In this document: positions 30,239 to 40,821 of the stretch, in pieces
How positions within the stretch are numbered: position 1 is the stretch's first letter
How the letters are laid out: every line of letters starts with the position of its first letter
From: an uncultured cyanobacterium
Lineage (GTDB): Bacteria > Cyanobacteriota > Cyanobacteriia > PCC-6307 > Cyanobiaceae
Assembly (NCBI GenBank): GCA_963765575.1
Contig: CAVXWZ010000002.1
Span: 1-64,000, forward strand
Direction: 5' to 3'
DNA: 64,000 bases
Position numbers and translations under genes: made by a program
The notes under the pieces: model-generated
The model's input: only the letters and a program-made list of their open reading frames with translations
Told to the model about the DNA's origin: nothing
Database searches by the model: none

Positions 30239-30986
30239 ATGACCTCTGTCCTCCTGCGCCGCGGCCTGCCGCTGCTGGCCGCCACGCTCGCCGCCAGCCT
30301 GGTGCCCGCCGCCGCCATGGCCCGTCCCTACCCCAGCGCCCGGGCCCAGCCGTCGCCGCTGGCAATGGACAGCCCCGCGCCCGGAGTGATCTGCGACCGC
30401 GGCAGCAGCGCCTGCTACGACCGCAACGGCGCCTCCCTGCCCCTCACCCGCCAGCATCTGGGCGCCTGGGCCGAGTGGCGTCTGGGCCGCCAGCTGGCCG
30501 GCCGACCCGCGCCAGCGGAGTTTCGCCTCAGCGACGGCAGCCTCTGCGACCTGCGCAGCCAGACCTGCTGGAGCGATGGCGACGGTCGGCGCCTGGTGTC
30601 CCGCCAGCTCAGTGAGCAGCTCTTCGCCGAGGCCAGCGCCGAGCGCGAGGTGACCCGCTTCGACGGCCTCTGCAACCTGGTCAAGGATGGCCGGGCGCTC
30701 TACGACGGCCCCTGTTCCCTGCGGCGCGTGGCCAACAGCGAGCGGGGGGTCACCCGCTACGTGGTGCGCCAGCCCGACGGCAGCCGCTACAGCTTCAGCG
30801 ACCGCAGTGGCCGGCTGGAGGTGAGCGACGGTGAACGCAGCTGGCCCGCCACATTCGTGGATCACGGCTACACCGGCCTGTTCCGGTGGCGGGACATGAC
30901 CCTGGTGGCCACCCGGGAGCACGCGGCCCTGCCGCTGGGCCGCCGTGCAGAGCGACGGCATCGCCCAGCTGTTTCTCGATCGCTGA
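30239..30986 (+). CDS. Secreted YcgJ/Fels-1-like 6-Cys protein, copy 1; +1 frameshift at ~30937
   Basis: Signal peptide; SPAPGVICD, CYD, FRLSDGSLCD, DHGYTGLFRW. The shifted frame ends DGIAQLFLDR* (TGA 30984-30986), matching IDQLF in copy 2. Confidence 0.7.
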
Positions 30987-31018
30987 TCGCGGCGCTGGCA
31001 GCGGTGGGCTCGGGCGGC

Positions 31019-31630
31019 TCAGGAGGCCGCCAGCCAGCGGCGCAGCAGCGGCAGGCTGAGGCCGATGACATTGCTGAAACAGCCCTCAATCCGCTCCACC
31101 AGCAGCCCGCCCCGGCCCTCGAGGGCGAAACCGCCGGCGCAGTGGAGTGGCTCGCCGCTGGCCACATAGGCGCGGATCTCAGCCGCGCTGAGGTTGGCGA
31201 AGCGCACCCGGGTGGTGACCACCGCCAGCAGGGGCGCCGCCGCAGGCTGCCCCGCTGGCGCCGGGCGGATCAGGCAGTGGCCGGTGTGCAGCTCACCCCA
31301 GCCACCCGCCATCACCCGCCAGCGCGCCTCGGCCTCGGCGGCGTCGGCGGGCTTGCCGTACACCACACCAGCAACGCTGAGCAGCGAATCGCAGCCCAGC
31401 ACCCCGGCAACAGCCCCCTGGAGCGCGGCCGCAGGGGCCAACGGCGGCGGCGCCTGCAGGTGGCCAGCCACCGCTTCGGCCTTGGCCCGGGCCAGCTGCT
31501 GCACCAGCAGCAAGGGGTCGGCAGCGCTGATGGCCTGCTCATCAACGCCACTCACCAGCACCCGGTGGGGGATGGCGGCCTGCTCCAGCAGACGCTGGCG
31601 TGCCGGTGAGGCCGAGGCGAGCACCAACAT
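31019..31630 (-). CDS. maf: Maf-family nucleoside triphosphate pyrophosphatase
   Basis: [40 protein letters not shown]. Confidence 0.93.
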   Translation of the reverse strand: MLVLASASPARQRLLEQAAIPHRVLVSGVDEQAISAADPLLLVQQLARAKAEAVAGHLQAPPPLAPAAALQGAVAGVLGCDSLLSVAGVVYGKPADAAEAEARWRVMAGGWGELHTGHCLIRPAPAGQPAAAPLLAVVTTRVRFANLSAAEIRAYVASGEPLHCAGGFALEGRGGLLVERIEGCFSNVIGLSLPLLRRWLAAS

Positions 31631-31699
31631 CGCTGGGGCGGGGACAGGCGCGGGGAAAGGCAGCCGCTGCGAATCGCTGCATCCCTACCGTAGCGATCG

Positions 31700-32332
31700 T
31701 TGTCGCGCCCCCCTGACAGGCCCTTGCAGACGCCATCGCGCCCCAGCGTCCACCGCTTGCACCGCCAGCCGCTGCAGGCAGCCCTGGCGGGCAGGGCGCT
31801 GAGCAGCCTCTCCAGCCCGGTGTCGGGGGTGATCTGCGACCGCGGCGCAATGACCTGTTTCGTCCGCAGTGGGCCCTCGATCGAGCTCACCCGCCAGCAG
31901 CTCGGCAACGGCGCGCTCTGCAGGGTGGCCAACAGCACCTGCTGGACCAATGCCCGCAAGAACCGGGTCGACAAGGAGGTGAGCAAGAGCCGCGGGCTGT
32001 GCAGCCTCAGCCAGCGCGGCCGGGCGATCTTCGACGGCCCCTGCGACCTGCGCATCGTCAGCGGCGAATCTGGACGGGTGCGGCGCTATGCCATCAGCAC
32101 CGAGGATGGACGGCGCTACGTGCTGCGCCGCCAGGGCAAGGCGCTCGAACTGGAGGATGCCACCGGCTCCTACAGCGTGGACTTCCGCGACCACGGCTAC
32201 ACCGGCCTGTTCCGTTGGAGCGACATCGTGCTGGTGGTCACCCGCGAGCACAGACGTCTGCCCCGGTCGCGCTCGGGCGGCGGCGACCAGGGTGGCCAGA
32301 TCGACCAGCTGTTCTCGCCAGACTCCAACTGA
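31700..32332 (+). CDS. YcgJ/Fels-1-like 6-Cys protein, copy 2 (internally shortened)
   Basis: SPVSGVICDRG, FDGPC, DHGYTGLFRW, TREH; clear paralog of 30239..30986. Start uncertain. Confidence 0.7.
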   Translation: MSRPPDRPLQTPSRPSVHRLHRQPLQAALAGRALSSLSSPVSGVICDRGAMTCFVRSGPSIELTRQQLGNGALCRVANSTCWTNARKNRVDKEVSKSRGLCSLSQRGRAIFDGPCDLRIVSGESGRVRRYAISTEDGRRYVLRRQGKALELEDATGSYSVDFRDHGYTGLFRWSDIVLVVTREHRRLPRSRSGGGDQGGQIDQLFSPDSN

Positions 32333-32343
32333 GCCCCAGCGCC

Positions 32344-32718
32344 ATGGGCACCATCCCGCTCGACGACCACCGCGCCCAGCTGCGCGCCAGCCGCTCCCTG
32401 CGCTGCCTGCCGTTCCGGCGGGCCTGCTACGAGCAGCTGGGGCAGCAAGCCCTGAGCAGCGCCGCCCTGGCCGGCGGGCCCGACTGGCGCCGCCGGTGCT
32501 TCCTGCCCATGAGCGGCGAGCGGGCCGAGGCCCACGTGAGGTGGCTGATCCGGCTGGGGGTGCTGCGCCGCGAGGTGGATGGCCAGGGCCTCACCGAGCG
32601 GGTGCGGCTGACGCCGATGGGCCGCCGCATCCTGGCGGGAATCGACGGCGAGATTCCCCGCGCCGGACTGCGTGAGCGCATGCTCGAGACCCTGCGCCGC
32701 CACCGGCCCCGCCCCTGA
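32344..32718 (+). CDS. Npun_F0494-family cyanobacterial protein
   Basis: RCLPF, WLIRLGVLRREVDGQGLTERVRLTPMGR. Confidence 0.82.
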   Translation: MGTIPLDDHRAQLRASRSLRCLPFRRACYEQLGQQALSSAALAGGPDWRRRCFLPMSGERAEAHVRWLIRLGVLRREVDGQGLTERVRLTPMGRRILAGIDGEIPRAGLRERMLETLRRHRPRP

Positions 32719-32744
32719 TGCCCAGCCCCTGATCCCTGCCCCAG

Positions 32745-34292
32745 ATGTCCCCGCCGGCCCTGATGGTGCTGGGCACCTCCAGCGGTGCCGGCAAGTCGCT
32801 GATGACGGCGGCCCTCTGCCGCGTGCTGCGCCGCCGCGGTGAGCAGCCCCTGCCCTTCAAGGGCCAGAACATGAGCAACAACGCCTGGGTGGACCAGGCC
32901 GGCGGCGAGATGGCTTACTCCCAGGCGCTGCAGGCCTGGGCCGCCGGCCTCGAGCCCCGCTGCGCCATGAATCCGGTGCTGCTCAAACCCCGGGGCGATT
33001 CCACAAGCGAGGTGATCCACCTGGGCCGCTCGGTGGGCAGCGCCCGCGCCGAGCACTACTACCGCGACTGGTTTCGGCCCGGCTGGGCCGCCATCCGCAC
33101 CGGGCTGGCGGAGCTGCAGGCCGACCATCCCGGCGGCCGCCTGGTGCTGGAGGGGGCCGGCAGCCCGGTGGAGGTGAACCTGCAGGCCCGCGACCTCACC
33201 AACCTGCGCCTGGCCCAGTTCCTGCGGGCCCGCTGCCTGCTGGTGGCCGACATCGAGCGCGGCGGGGTGTTCGCCCAGATCGTGGGCACCCTGCAGCTGC
33301 TCAGCCCGGTGCAGCGGCCCCTGATCCGCGGGCTGCTGATCAACCGCTTCCGCGGCCGCCGGCAGCTGTTCGACGAGGGCCGCCGCTGGCTGGAGGCCCG
33401 CACCGGTCTGCCGGTGCTGGGGGTGATGCCCTGGCTCGAGGAGCTCTTTCCGCCGGAAGACTCCCTCGATCTGCTGGAGCGGGGCGGCCGCAAGGCCGGC
33501 GCCGAGCTGGAAATCGCCGTGCTGCGGCTGCCCTCGATCAGCAACTTCTCCGACCTCGATCCGCTCGAGGCCGAGCCCAGCGTGCGGCTGCGCTGGCTCA
33601 GGCCCGGCGAGCCCCTGGGCAGTCCCGATGCGGTGATCGTGCCGGGCAGCAAGCAGACCCTGCGCGACCTGGCCGCCCTGCGCCAGGCGGGGCTCGACGC
33701 CGAGCTGCCCCGCTATCTGGCCGGCGGCGGCCACGTGTTCGGCCTCTGCGGCGGGCTGCAGCTGCTGGGCCGGGAGCTACTGGACCCCGAGGGCCTGGAG
33801 GGCTCAGTCAGCGGCGAGTCAGGCCCCGCGCCCCCAGGAACAGCGGCGGTACGGGGCCTCGATCTGCTGCCGCTGCGCACCGTGTTCGGGGGGGCCAAGG
33901 CCCTGCGCCAGCGCCGCTGCCTGGCCCTCTGGCCCGGCAGCGGCCTGGAGCTGGATGGCTTCGAGCTGCACCGCGGCCACACCATCGTTTTAAACGCCGG
34001 ACCGGCCGCCAGCAGCCACCAACAACCCAACCCCCTGGCCACGGACGACGGCCTGGGCTGGTGGCAACCACTGGGAGCCAACGGCGGCCTGGTGGCCGGC
34101 ACCTACCTGCATGGCGTGTTCGAGAGCGGCCCCTGGCGCCGGCACTGGCTCAACCGGCTGCGCCAGCGCCGCGGCCTGGCGCCGCTCAGCCTCGACCAGC
34201 CCCACCACAGCCGCCAGCGGGATCAGCTGCTGGATCGGCTCGCCGATGCCTTCGAGGCCCACGTCAACCTGGAGCCGCTGCTCGCACCCTGA
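32745..34292 (+). CDS. cobQ: Cobyric acid synthase
   Basis: [53 protein letters not shown]. Confidence 0.96.
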   Translation: MSPPALMVLGTSSGAGKSLMTAALCRVLRRRGEQPLPFKGQNMSNNAWVDQAGGEMAYSQALQAWAAGLEPRCAMNPVLLKPRGDSTSEVIHLGRSVGSARAEHYYRDWFRPGWAAIRTGLAELQADHPGGRLVLEGAGSPVEVNLQARDLTNLRLAQFLRARCLLVADIERGGVFAQIVGTLQLLSPVQRPLIRGLLINRFRGRRQLFDEGRRWLEARTGLPVLGVMPWLEELFPPEDSLDLLERGGRKAGAELEIAVLRLPSISNFSDLDPLEAEPSVRLRWLRPGEPLGSPDAVIVPGSKQTLRDLAALRQAGLDAELPRYLAGGGHVFGLCGGLQLLGRELLDPEGLEGSVSGESGPAPPGTAAVRGLDLLPLRTVFGGAKALRQRRCLALWPGSGLELDGFELHRGHTIVLNAGPAASSHQQPNPLATDDGLGWWQPLGANGGLVAGTYLHGVFESGPWRRHWLNRLRQRRGLAPLSLDQPHHSRQRDQLLDRLADAFEAHVNLEPLLAP

Positions 34293-34549
34293 TGGCCTCC
34301 CCACGCGGCGCCCGCAGCGTCACCATCCGCTGGCCCGATGGCCGCACCACCACCGTTGCCAGCGGTACCGCCTGGCTGGAGGCGGCCCGGCAGGCCGGCA
34401 TGGCCATCCCCACCGGCTGCCTGGGGGGCAGCTGCGGCGCCTGCGAGATCGAGGTGAACGGCCGCATGGTGCGCGCCTGCATCGCCAGCGTGCCGCCCAG
34501 CCGCAGCGATGAGCTCACGGTGACGCTGGCGGTGGATCCCTACTGGTAG
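34292..34549 (+). CDS. Small 2Fe-2S ferredoxin-like protein
   Basis: IPTGCLGGSCGACEIE...RAC; TGATG coupling to cobQ. Confidence 0.85.
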   Translation: MASPRGARSVTIRWPDGRTTTVASGTAWLEAARQAGMAIPTGCLGGSCGACEIEVNGRMVRACIASVPPSRSDELTVTLAVDPYW

Positions 34550-34577
34550 GGCCATGGGGGCTGGCTGGTGAGGCCCA

Positions 34578-35834
34578 TCAGGCCTGGATCAGGCCGCCGC
34601 CGAGCAGCACCTCACCGGCGTAGAACACCGCCGCCTGGCCGGGGGTGATCGAAAACTGGGGTTCGGCGAACTCGAGCCGCAGCCGCTGGGGCCGACCCGC
34701 AGCCCGGTCGGCTTCGCTGGGGGGCAGGGGGGTGAGCAGGGCCGGCTGCGGGCCGCTGCGGTAGCGCACCTGCACCTCCAGCTGCACCGGCCCGGCCGGC
34801 GGCGCCATCGACACCCAGTTCACCGCGCCCACCACACAGCTGGAGCGGGCGGCCTCACGCCGCGGCGCCACCACCACCCGGTTCATGGCGCCATCGAGAC
34901 GCACCACGTGCAGCGGCTCGCTCCAGGCCACACCCAGCCCCTTGCGCTGGCCGATCGTGAAGTGCTCGATGCCGTCGTGTTGGCCCACCACCGTGCCGTC
35001 GGCCAGCACGATCTCGCCCTGGCGCGGCGGCAGGTGGGCATCGAGGAAGGCCCGCATCGAGCCGTGGTGATCGGCCAGGCAGAGGTCCTGGCTCTCGGGC
35101 TTGCTGGCGGTGCGCAGGCCGTGGCGGGTGGCCTCCAGGCGCGTATCCGCCTTGGTCAGTTCCCCCAGCGGGAACACCAGCCGGCCCAGGGACTCCTGGG
35201 GCAGGTCGTAGAGGAAGTAGCTCTGGTCCTTCTGCCCATCGAGGCCGCGCAGCAGCTGGTGGCGCCCGGCCGCCTCACCCGGCACCGGCAGGGGATCGCC
35301 GGCATCGGCGGGACGCACGCGGGCGTAGTGGCCGGTGGCGATGCGGCCGATGCCGCGCTCGGCCTCGGCCCAGGCGAGCATCGGCGCAAACTTCACCTCC
35401 CGGTTGCAGCGCGAGCAGGGCAGGGGGGTGACCCCGGCGGCATAGCCCTCCACCAGGAAGTCCACGATCTGGGCGCGGAAGTGGTCGCGGAAATCCACCA
35501 CGTGGTGGGGAATGGCCAGCTGCTCACAGATGCCAGCGGCATCCACCAGGCCCTCGGCACAGCAGGCCCCCTTGCCGCTCATCAGCCACAGGGTGAGGCC
35601 TTCCACCTGCCAGCCCGCCTGCACCAGCAGGGCGGCGGTCAGGGAGCTGTCCACACCGCCGGAGAGGCCCACGGCCACGCGCCGTTCGCCGGGCCAGGCC
35701 CGCAGGCGCTCCAGCGCCGCCGCACCGGCAACCGTGGCTGTGGCCACAAGGCCGGGGATCGGTGGCCGCGGCAGATCCGGATGGGCAGGAAGCGGGAACA
35801 AGGGCTGGGACGAAGGCGCCGGTGTTCCCATCAT
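34578..35834 (-). CDS. mnmA: tRNA 2-thiouridylase
   Basis: [53 protein letters not shown]. Confidence 0.96.
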   Translation of the reverse strand: MMGTPAPSSQPLFPLPAHPDLPRPPIPGLVATATVAGAAALERLRAWPGERRVAVGLSGGVDSSLTAALLVQAGWQVEGLTLWLMSGKGACCAEGLVDAAGICEQLAIPHHVVDFRDHFRAQIVDFLVEGYAAGVTPLPCSRCNREVKFAPMLAWAEAERGIGRIATGHYARVRPADAGDPLPVPGEAAGRHQLLRGLDGQKDQSYFLYDLPQESLGRLVFPLGELTKADTRLEATRHGLRTASKPESQDLCLADHHGSMRAFLDAHLPPRQGEIVLADGTVVGQHDGIEHFTIGQRKGLGVAWSEPLHVVRLDGAMNRVVVAPRREAARSSCVVGAVNWVSMAPPAGPVQLEVQVRYRSGPQPALLTPLPPSEADRAAGRPQRLRLEFAEPQFSITPGQAAVFYAGEVLLGGGLIQA

Positions 35835-35858
35835 GAAACCGAGCGCCGCTGTCCTGCC

Positions 35859-37471
35859 GTGACCAGCCCCGATGTCCAGCCCCAGCCAGAGGCGCCGAGC
35901 TGGCCGCCGCGGGATGGGGAGCACCTGCTGGTGAGCGGCGAGCAGATGGCGGCGCTGGAGCAGCAGCTGTTCGCCTCCGGTCTGCCGGTGGAGGCCCTGA
36001 TGGAGAAGGCGGCCCTGGCCCTGAGCCGAGCCCTGCTGCAGCACCACGGTGAGCTGCTGGAGCGGCACGGCGCGCGTGGTGCTGGTGGGGCCGGGACACA
36101 ACGGCGGCGACGGCCTGGTGGTGGCCCGCGAGTTGCACCTGGCCGGCGTGGCGGTGACGATCTGGAGCCCGTTCGAGCGCCACAAACCGCTCACCGCCCG
36201 CCACCTGCGCCACGCCCACTGGCTGGGGTTGCCGCAGCCCGTGTCGCCACCAGACCCCACCGGCCCGGCCCTCTGGATCGATGCCCTGCTGGGGATCGGC
36301 CAGCGGCGGCCGCCTGATCCGGCCCTGCAGGAGCTGCTGCGGGCGCGGGCGCGGCAACGCCCTGGCCGCCTGGTGGCCATCGATGTGCCCACGGGCCTGT
36401 GCGCCGACAGCGGCCGTTGCCTGGGGGAGGTCGCCGCCCGGGCCAGCCACACCTACACCCTGGGGCTGCTGAAAACGGGCCTGGTGCAGGACAGCGCCCT
36501 GGCCTGGGTGGGCACCCTGCGGCGGGTCGACCTGGGCCTGCCGCCGCCGCTGCTGCGGGAGCTTCCCGCCACCCAGCCCCTGGGCCTTTCGCCCGCCGAT
36601 CTGGCCGCTGCCCCCTGGCCGCTGCCCGATCCAGCGGCGGCCAAGTACGGGCGGGGGCGGCTGCTGGTGGTGGCCGGCAGCGAGCGCTACCGGGGCGCGG
36701 CGGCCCTGGCCCTGGCGGGAGCGAGCGCCGGCGGCTGCGGCAGCCTGCGGGCCGCCCTGCCCGCGAGCCTGGCCGAGGGGCTCTGGAGCGTTCTGCCCCA
36801 CGTGGTGGTGGGCCCGGCCCTGGGCTGCGATGGCCAGGGCCATCTGGCCCTGGGCAAGCTGGGCGACACCGGGCTGGAACGCCTCGATGCGCTGCTGCTG
36901 GGTCCGGGGATCGGCGCCATGGCGCCAGCCCCCGGGGGCGGGGAGGGGAGCGCCGAAACCGAAACCTGGCGGCGGCTGCAGCGTTTCGCCGGGCTGCTGG
37001 TGCTCGATGCCGACGGCCTCAACCGCCTCGCCGCCCTGGGGGCAACCGAGTGGCTGCGGCAGCGGGGCGGTCCCACCTGGATCACGCCCCACCGGGGGGA
37101 ATTCGATCGGCTGTTCCCGCAGCTGCAGGCTGCTGCCGCCCCGGAGGCCGCTGCTGCGGCGGCCCAGGCGAGCGGCGCGGCCGTGCTGCTCAAGGGCGCG
37201 CGCAGCGTGGTGGCCGGCAGCGAGGGGCAACGCTGGCAGCTGCTGGAGGCCGCGCCGGCGGCGGCGCGAGCCGGACTGGGGGATGTGCTGGCCGGCTACG
37301 GGGCGGCCGTGGGTGCCATGGCCATGGCGGCTGGCAGCGGTGCCGGCGCCGAGCTGCTGGCGGCGGTGACCCTGGCCCACGCCGCCGCCGGCCTGCGCCT
37401 GGCAGCGGCGCGGCCCGGGCGCGGTCTCACCGCCGGCCGTGGCCCGCTGCCTGGCTGCAGGGGACGTGTGA
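35859..37471 (+). pseudogene. nnr: Bifunctional NAD(P)H-hydrate epimerase/dehydratase with +1 frameshifts at ~36075 and ~37417; probably sequencing errors
   Basis: ALMEKAA in one frame, then [45 protein letters not shown] in the next. A third frame gives AVSPPAVARCLAAGDV* ending at 37471. Confidence 0.88.
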
Positions 37472-37561
37472 GGTTTTGCAAGTAAATGCTAAAGGGTTAC
37501 TGAAAACACCACCTCACCAATTCCCCTGGGGAGATAGTGGCATCCCGCACCGTGCCTCACA

Positions 37562-38584
37562 ATGAGCGCATCCAGCCTGCGTACCAGCGAAGGCCAGCGT
37601 CGACGCAGCAGTGATCCGGTGAGTTGGTATCTGGCCACGATTGGCCGAGAACCCCTGCTCACTCCTGCGGAAGAAATCGAGCTCGGCAATCAGGTGCAGG
37701 CCATGATGCGCCTGCTGGAAGAGGGCTTACCGGCAGAAACCGCGCCTAGCACCATCAAGAGCGCCTCCAACCTTGGCGCCGTTGCTGATCTTGGTGCGGT
37801 TGCTGCCGCAGCCGATCGTCGCGGTCAGACGACACCGGAGCGGGCCCGCAAAATTATGCGCATCGGTCAGCGGGCCAAGCAGCGCATGATGAAGGCCAAC
37901 CTGCGTCTGGTGGTGAGTGTCGCCAAGAAATACCAGGGCAAGGGTCTGGAACTGCTCGATCTCATCCAGGAGGGTTCCCTGGGCCTGGAGCGGGCGGTGG
38001 AGAAATTCGATCCCACCCGTGGTTACAAGTTTTCCACCTATGCCTTCTGGTGGATCCGCCAGAGCATGACCCGGGCGATCGCCTGCCAGTCGCGCACGAT
38101 CCGCCTGCCGGTCCACCTCTCCGAACGGCTCAGTGCCGTCCGCCGGGTGAGTCTCGACCTGGCCCACAAGCTCGGCTCGATGCCCAGCCGCAGCGAGATC
38201 GCCGAGGCCATGGCCATTCCCGTCCAGGAACTCGATGGTCTGCTGCGCCAGTCGCTCACCACCTCCAGCCTGGACGCGCCGGTGAACGGCGATGAGGGCC
38301 GCAGTTTTCTCGGCGACCTGATCGCCGACCCGGCCGGGGAGGAACCGCTCGATCGGGTGGAACGGGGCCTGCATCAGGAGCAGCTGGGCCGCTGGCTCAG
38401 CCACCTCAGCCAGCAGGAGCGGCAGGTGCTGGAGCTGCGCTTTGGGCTGGCGGGCCAGGAGCGCCACACCCTGGCGGAGATTGGCCGCCAGCTCGATGTG
38501 TCGCGGGAGCGGGTGCGCCAGGTGGAACTCAAGGCGCTGCGCAAGTTGCGCAATCTCACGCGCAGAATGCCGAGCACGCTCTGA
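37562..38584 (+). CDS. Group 2 sigma-70 factor (RpoD-like, lacks region 1.1)
   Basis: YLATIGREPLLT, ANLRLVVSVAKKY, DLIQEG, FSTYAFWWIRQ, RTIRLP, SRERVRQ. Confidence 0.95.
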   Translation: MSASSLRTSEGQRRRSSDPVSWYLATIGREPLLTPAEEIELGNQVQAMMRLLEEGLPAETAPSTIKSASNLGAVADLGAVAAAADRRGQTTPERARKIMRIGQRAKQRMMKANLRLVVSVAKKYQGKGLELLDLIQEGSLGLERAVEKFDPTRGYKFSTYAFWWIRQSMTRAIACQSRTIRLPVHLSERLSAVRRVSLDLAHKLGSMPSRSEIAEAMAIPVQELDGLLRQSLTTSSLDAPVNGDEGRSFLGDLIADPAGEEPLDRVERGLHQEQLGRWLSHLSQQERQVLELRFGLAGQERHTLAEIGRQLDVSRERVRQVELKALRKLRNLTRRMPSTL

Positions 38585-38594
38585 CGCCCAGCCG

Positions 38595-39509
38595 CTGCGG
38601 CCTCCCCTCGTCTATCACCCGGCCTACTCGGCGCCGCTGCCCAGCAGCCATCGCTTTCCGATGGCCAAATTCCGGCTGCTGCACCAGTGGCTGAGGGATC
38701 ACGACCTGGCGCGATCCAGCCAGGTGCACCAGCCCCTGCCGGCGCCGCGCCGCTGGCTCGAACTGGTGCATCCGCGCTCCTACCACCAGGCCTTCTGCCG
38801 CGCTGAACTGGGCCAGCGCGAACAGCGCCGCATCGGTCTGCCGGCCAGCGCGCCCCTGGTGCGCCGCACCTGGCTATCGGTGGGCGGCACCGTGCTCACC
38901 GCCCGGCTGGCCCTGCGCCACGGGCTGGCCTGCCACCTGGCGGGCGGCACCCACCACGCCTTCGCCACGGCCGGCAGCGGCTTCTGCATCTTCAACGACG
39001 TGGCCGTGGCCGCGCGGGTGCTGCTGGCGGAGGGCCAGCTGCGGCAGCTGATGGTGATCGACCTGGATGTGCACCAGGGGGACGCCACCGCCACGATCTT
39101 CGCCAGCGAGCCGCGGGTGTTCACGCTCTCGGTGCACTGCGCCAGCAACTTCCCCCTGCGCAAGGCCACCAGCGACTGCGATCTGGCCCTGGCGGACGGC
39201 CTCGCGGACGACGCCTACATCAGCGCCATCGGCGACCTGATTCCCGAGCAGCTGGAGCGGGTGCGGCCCCAGCTGGTGCTCTACAACGCCGGCGTCGACC
39301 CCCACCGCCTCGACCGTCTGGGCCGCCTGGCCCTCAGCGATGACGGCCTGCTGCGGCGCGATCACCTGGTGCTCGACGCCTGCCTGCGGCGGGGGATCCC
39401 GGTGGCCACCGTGATCGGCGGCGGCTACGACGCGCTGCAGCAGCTGGTGCAGCGCCACGCTCTGGTGTTCCGGGCCGGCGCCGAGCAGGCCAGGCTGCAC
39501 GGCCTGTGA
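38595..39509 (+). CDS. Histone deacetylase-family (Zn amidohydrolase) protein
   Basis: HRFPMAKF, GGTHHA, GFCIFND, DLDVHQGD, GVDPH, GGGY. Start uncertain (CTG 38595). Confidence 0.92.
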   Translation: MRPPLVYHPAYSAPLPSSHRFPMAKFRLLHQWLRDHDLARSSQVHQPLPAPRRWLELVHPRSYHQAFCRAELGQREQRRIGLPASAPLVRRTWLSVGGTVLTARLALRHGLACHLAGGTHHAFATAGSGFCIFNDVAVAARVLLAEGQLRQLMVIDLDVHQGDATATIFASEPRVFTLSVHCASNFPLRKATSDCDLALADGLADDAYISAIGDLIPEQLERVRPQLVLYNAGVDPHRLDRLGRLALSDDGLLRRDHLVLDACLRRGIPVATVIGGGYDALQQLVQRHALVFRAGAEQARLHGL

Positions 39510-40637
39510 TCAGTCCTCAGCCCAGATGTAACGGGTGAGTTCGTCGCCCTTGGGTTCGGGAGCCGCCAGGGCGAAGGTCACGGCCTCGGCCACCTCGGCA
39601 TCAATCTCCTTGTCGATCGCCTTGAGCTCATCGGCCGTGGCCAGGCCCTGCGCCGCCAGCTCGCCAGCCAGGCGCTTGATCGGGTCGCGCTTGGCCCAGA
39701 ACTCCTTCTCGGCCTGGGCCCGCAGCTCGTCGGGATCGGCGAGGGAGTGGCCGCGGTAGCGGTAGGTGAGGCACTCCAGCAGGGTGGGGCCCTCACCGGC
39801 GCGGGCACGCTCGATCGCCCGCTGGGCCGCGGCCCGCACCGCCAGCACATCCATGCCGTCGACCTCCTCGCCGGGGATGCCGAAGGCGGCGGCCTTGCGC
39901 CAGATCTCCGGCTCACTGGTGGCCCGGTTGTGGTCCATGCCGATGGCCCACTTGTTGTTCTCGACCACGAACAGGATCGGCAGCTTCCAGAGCGCCGCCA
40001 TGTTCAGGCACTCGTAAAACTGGCCGATGTTGCAGGTGCCGTCGCCGAAAAAGGCGGCGGTCACGGCGTCGCTGGAGGCATCGCCGAGGGCGTCGCGCTT
40101 GTAGCGGCTGGTGAAGGCGGCCCCCAGGGCAATGGGAATGCCCTCACCGATGAAGGCGTAGCCCCCGAGCAGATGGTGCTCGCGGGAGAAGAGGTGCATC
40201 GAGCCGCCGCGGCCCTTGCTGCAGCCGGTCTCCTTGCCGAACAGCTCGCTCATCACCTGGCGCGCCGGCACGCCGCAGCTGAGGGCGTGCACGTGGTCGC
40301 GGTAGGTGCTGCAAAACCAGTCGTGCTGGGCCTTCATGGCCTTGATCACGCCGGTGCTCACGGCCTCCTGACCGTTGTAGAGATGCACGAAGCCGAACAT
40401 CTTGCCGCGGTAGTACATCTCCGCGCACTTGTCCTCGAAGCGACGGCCCAGCACCATGTCGCGGTAGAGGGTCAGGCCCTGTTGGCGATCCACCGCGGCC
40501 GGGGTGCCGGGGTAGAGGTTTTCAAGCCGCTCGGCGTGGGGGCCGGCGACGTGGGTGGACTCGGCGGAGCAGCCAGGAGCGCCGGAGGCCTGGAGCGCCT
40601 GGGCGGCCAGGTCGCGGCTCGTATCTGCCTGGGTCAT
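39510..40637 (-). CDS. pdhA: Pyruvate dehydrogenase E1 alpha subunit
   Basis: [26 protein letters not shown]...[11 protein letters not shown] motif, [11 protein letters not shown]. Confidence 0.97.
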   Translation of the reverse strand: MTQADTSRDLAAQALQASGAPGCSAESTHVAGPHAERLENLYPGTPAAVDRQQGLTLYRDMVLGRRFEDKCAEMYYRGKMFGFVHLYNGQEAVSTGVIKAMKAQHDWFCSTYRDHVHALSCGVPARQVMSELFGKETGCSKGRGGSMHLFSREHHLLGGYAFIGEGIPIALGAAFTSRYKRDALGDASSDAVTAAFFGDGTCNIGQFYECLNMAALWKLPILFVVENNKWAIGMDHNRATSEPEIWRKAAAFGIPGEEVDGMDVLAVRAAAQRAIERARAGEGPTLLECLTYRYRGHSLADPDELRAQAEKEFWAKRDPIKRLAGELAAQGLATADELKAIDKEIDAEVAEAVTFALAAPEPKGDELTRYIWAED

Positions 40638-40821
40638 CGGGGAATGCTGCTGATCAGGGCTGCTGAAGACGCCCGGCGGCGGAGGCAGAAGCCAGGCCTG
40701 GTGGCGGGACTCTACGGGGTCTGGCCGTTGGCGCTATGTCCGCAGTGACCCATCCCCGCCCCGGGGAAGCCGGCCGGACGGCAGACCCTGCTTACAGTCA
40801 GTCACCCGCCGGCCAAGGGGA

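Noticed and set aside
37482..37500. Possible NtcA box upstream of the sigma factor
   Set aside because: GTA...TAC spacing is 13 nt, not the required 8.
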